DNA of 63,554 nt, the filler included, from Folioceros fuciformis (Eukaryota), in the NCBI GenBank assembly GCA_049999805.1. It is 4 parts of 4 records of this genome, joined end to end, with 100 filler letters (N's around TTAATTAATTAA, not from the genome) between each part and the next. Parts side by side here need not be neighbours in the genome. Positions count along the whole stretch, not along the records: positions 61,903 to 63,554 come from JBNGIO010005771.1; 3 more parts are not named here. One strand, 5' to 3'. The stretch's first letter is position 1, and every line of letters begins with the position of its first letter. The notes below the pieces were generated by a model, which saw only the letters and a program-made list of their open reading frames with translations, ran no database searches and was not told the origin of the DNA. The translations under genes and the position numbers were made by a program. This document shows positions 61,903 through 63,554 of this stretch, piece by piece.

Positions 61903-63554
61903 TCTTGTGGTTTGTCCCTGCTTGGTTTAGGACTTGCAGTGTGTTGCCGGCTGTGCAACGTCTGGTAGGATCGCAAGCCGTGTTGCCGGTTGTATAGTGT
62001 CTGGTAGGATCACAAGGTGTAATGACCAGGGTGTAGGGGCTTGCCCCTAGCTCTTGATTGTAAAGGGTGTGTCTTTCTCTCAACCTGTCCACTCTTGTTC
62101 CTTGCTTGGTCAAGTGCTGTAGGCCGGCCATGTCTCATGGCGTCTGGTAAGGTTGTGGGGAGGAGATATCCACGAGGGGAGTGTGTTCCCTTCTTCCTTT
62201 TGTTTGGGGTTAGTCTAGTGACTCTTGCCGGGTAGGAGGAGTCAGTAGGNNNNNNNNNNNNNNNNNNNNNNNNNNNNNNNNNNNNNNNNNNNNNNNNNNN
62301 NNNNNNNNNNNNNNNNNNNNNNNNNNNNNNNNNNNNNNNNNNNNNNNNNGGGTAGGAGGAGTCCGTAGGGAAGTGTAGAAGGTAGTGGTGTCGTTGCTGG
62401 TTGCTCGTAGTTGTTGGTGTTGGTGCTGGAGTAAGAGAGTGAGTGAAGTGAGTGAGGGAAGTCACAGATCTGAGAGGTTAGGGTCGTTGTAGTGACAAGA
62501 GTGAGTTTGTGGGCACCGAGAGAGGTGCAGCTGACCGCCGGACAGCGAGGCCTGTCCTACGCCTGATCGGAGCTGGAGGGGAGCCCTCGAATCCATCATC
62601 GAGTTGATCAAGTCCGACCCTCCATCTACAGCAGCAAGGAACCCCATCGCTCCTTCGTGGGAACGAAACCCAATGTCTCAACGACAGTGGGATAAGTGTG
62701 GCCACTAAAGGTGGAACCTGTCGGCAATCAGTGCCCGGGGTTTTGCCTCCACATTTTTGGCGCCGTTGCCGGGGAGCGGCTTGGGAGTTTCTTTTGCTGA
62801 CCGGATGGAGAGCCTAAGTTGTCCTGTAGATGTCTGGTGGAAGAGGTGATCGCAGAATTGGTAGAGGAAGAGCAGTTGTAACGCCTTCACCAAGGGATCT
62901 GCGTGCAACAAGGAGGAATTTGCTGAGAGGAGAGAGTAGCTTGACCCCTAAGGCTAGCACCCTTGTGGAGGAGGAGCTGCCTTGGTCAAGTGGAGAGCAC
63001 GAATCTGAAGGGTTGATTGGTGGAGCGCGTGACATCCAGGAGGTTGGTATTACAACTGGTTGCAGGAAGGAGTCTTACAGCCAACAAGTGGGTCGTGTTG
63101 AGAGGGAGTCCGTGTTACAGTCGAGTGTTGTGCAGTCAACTCTAGGTGATACTTCAGTTGTGGTATCATTGCTGGATAGCTTGCAGTCACTTGTTGGTGG
63201 TCAGTCAGTCCCCTTGCCGGCCATTGTTCCATTGTCAGCCCCCGTAGTGGTTTCAGTAGGGGCTGTACTTCCTACGTCAAGTATCAGCCCAGTGGGTGGA
63301 GGAGTTGCTGCAAGGATGGCTGCTCCTATTCACAGTCGTCAGCAATACGTGAAGTTTGGAGACAAGAGAAGAGGGGAGGATGCTGAATCCTTCCTAAGGA
63401 CATTCGAGCATGTGTCTCGTGCCAACATGGAGGACACTACAGCTGATCGTTTGAGGATCTTTCCAGGTTTGCTGAGAGGACAAGCTCAGCAGTGGTACAG
63501 CCGGACGTATGGAGTGACACCACCAGTGGATTGGGACAGCCTGAAGGACGATTT
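61903..63554 (+). mobile_element. 5' end of an Athila-like gypsy element: LTR (to 62753), tRNA-Asp PBS (62758-62775), start of gag
   Basis: ..gcctccaCA tttt TGGCGCCGTTGCCGGGGA; gag QQYVKFGDKRRGEDAESFLRTFEH at window end. Confidence 0.88.

Overview
Eukaryotic, plant-type genomic scaffold with N-gaps and TTAATTAATTAA scaffold spacers. A compact gene island (~32-51 kb) lies between two LTR-retrotransposon-rich blocks. The island holds an intronless GC-rich prokaryote-like gene with a 1-nt frameshift, a phi-class GST, centriole protein SAS-6 (implying a plant lineage with flagellated cells, not an angiosperm), two tandem spinster-like MFS transporters, a TBC1D13-like RabGAP and an mTERF. The left block has two complete Ty1/copia elements with TSDs, one with non-canonical TA..TA LTR ends inserted into a 60-bp tandem repeat, and both with an extra ORF between PBS and gag. 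It also has further copia/gypsy remnants and the standout feature: a decayed Ty3/gypsy element whose pol region reads PR - C5 cytosine DNA methyltransferase - RT - RNase H - integrase - PHD finger. The right block is nested Athila-like and copia fragments. All calls come from motifs read by eye; no database search was run.
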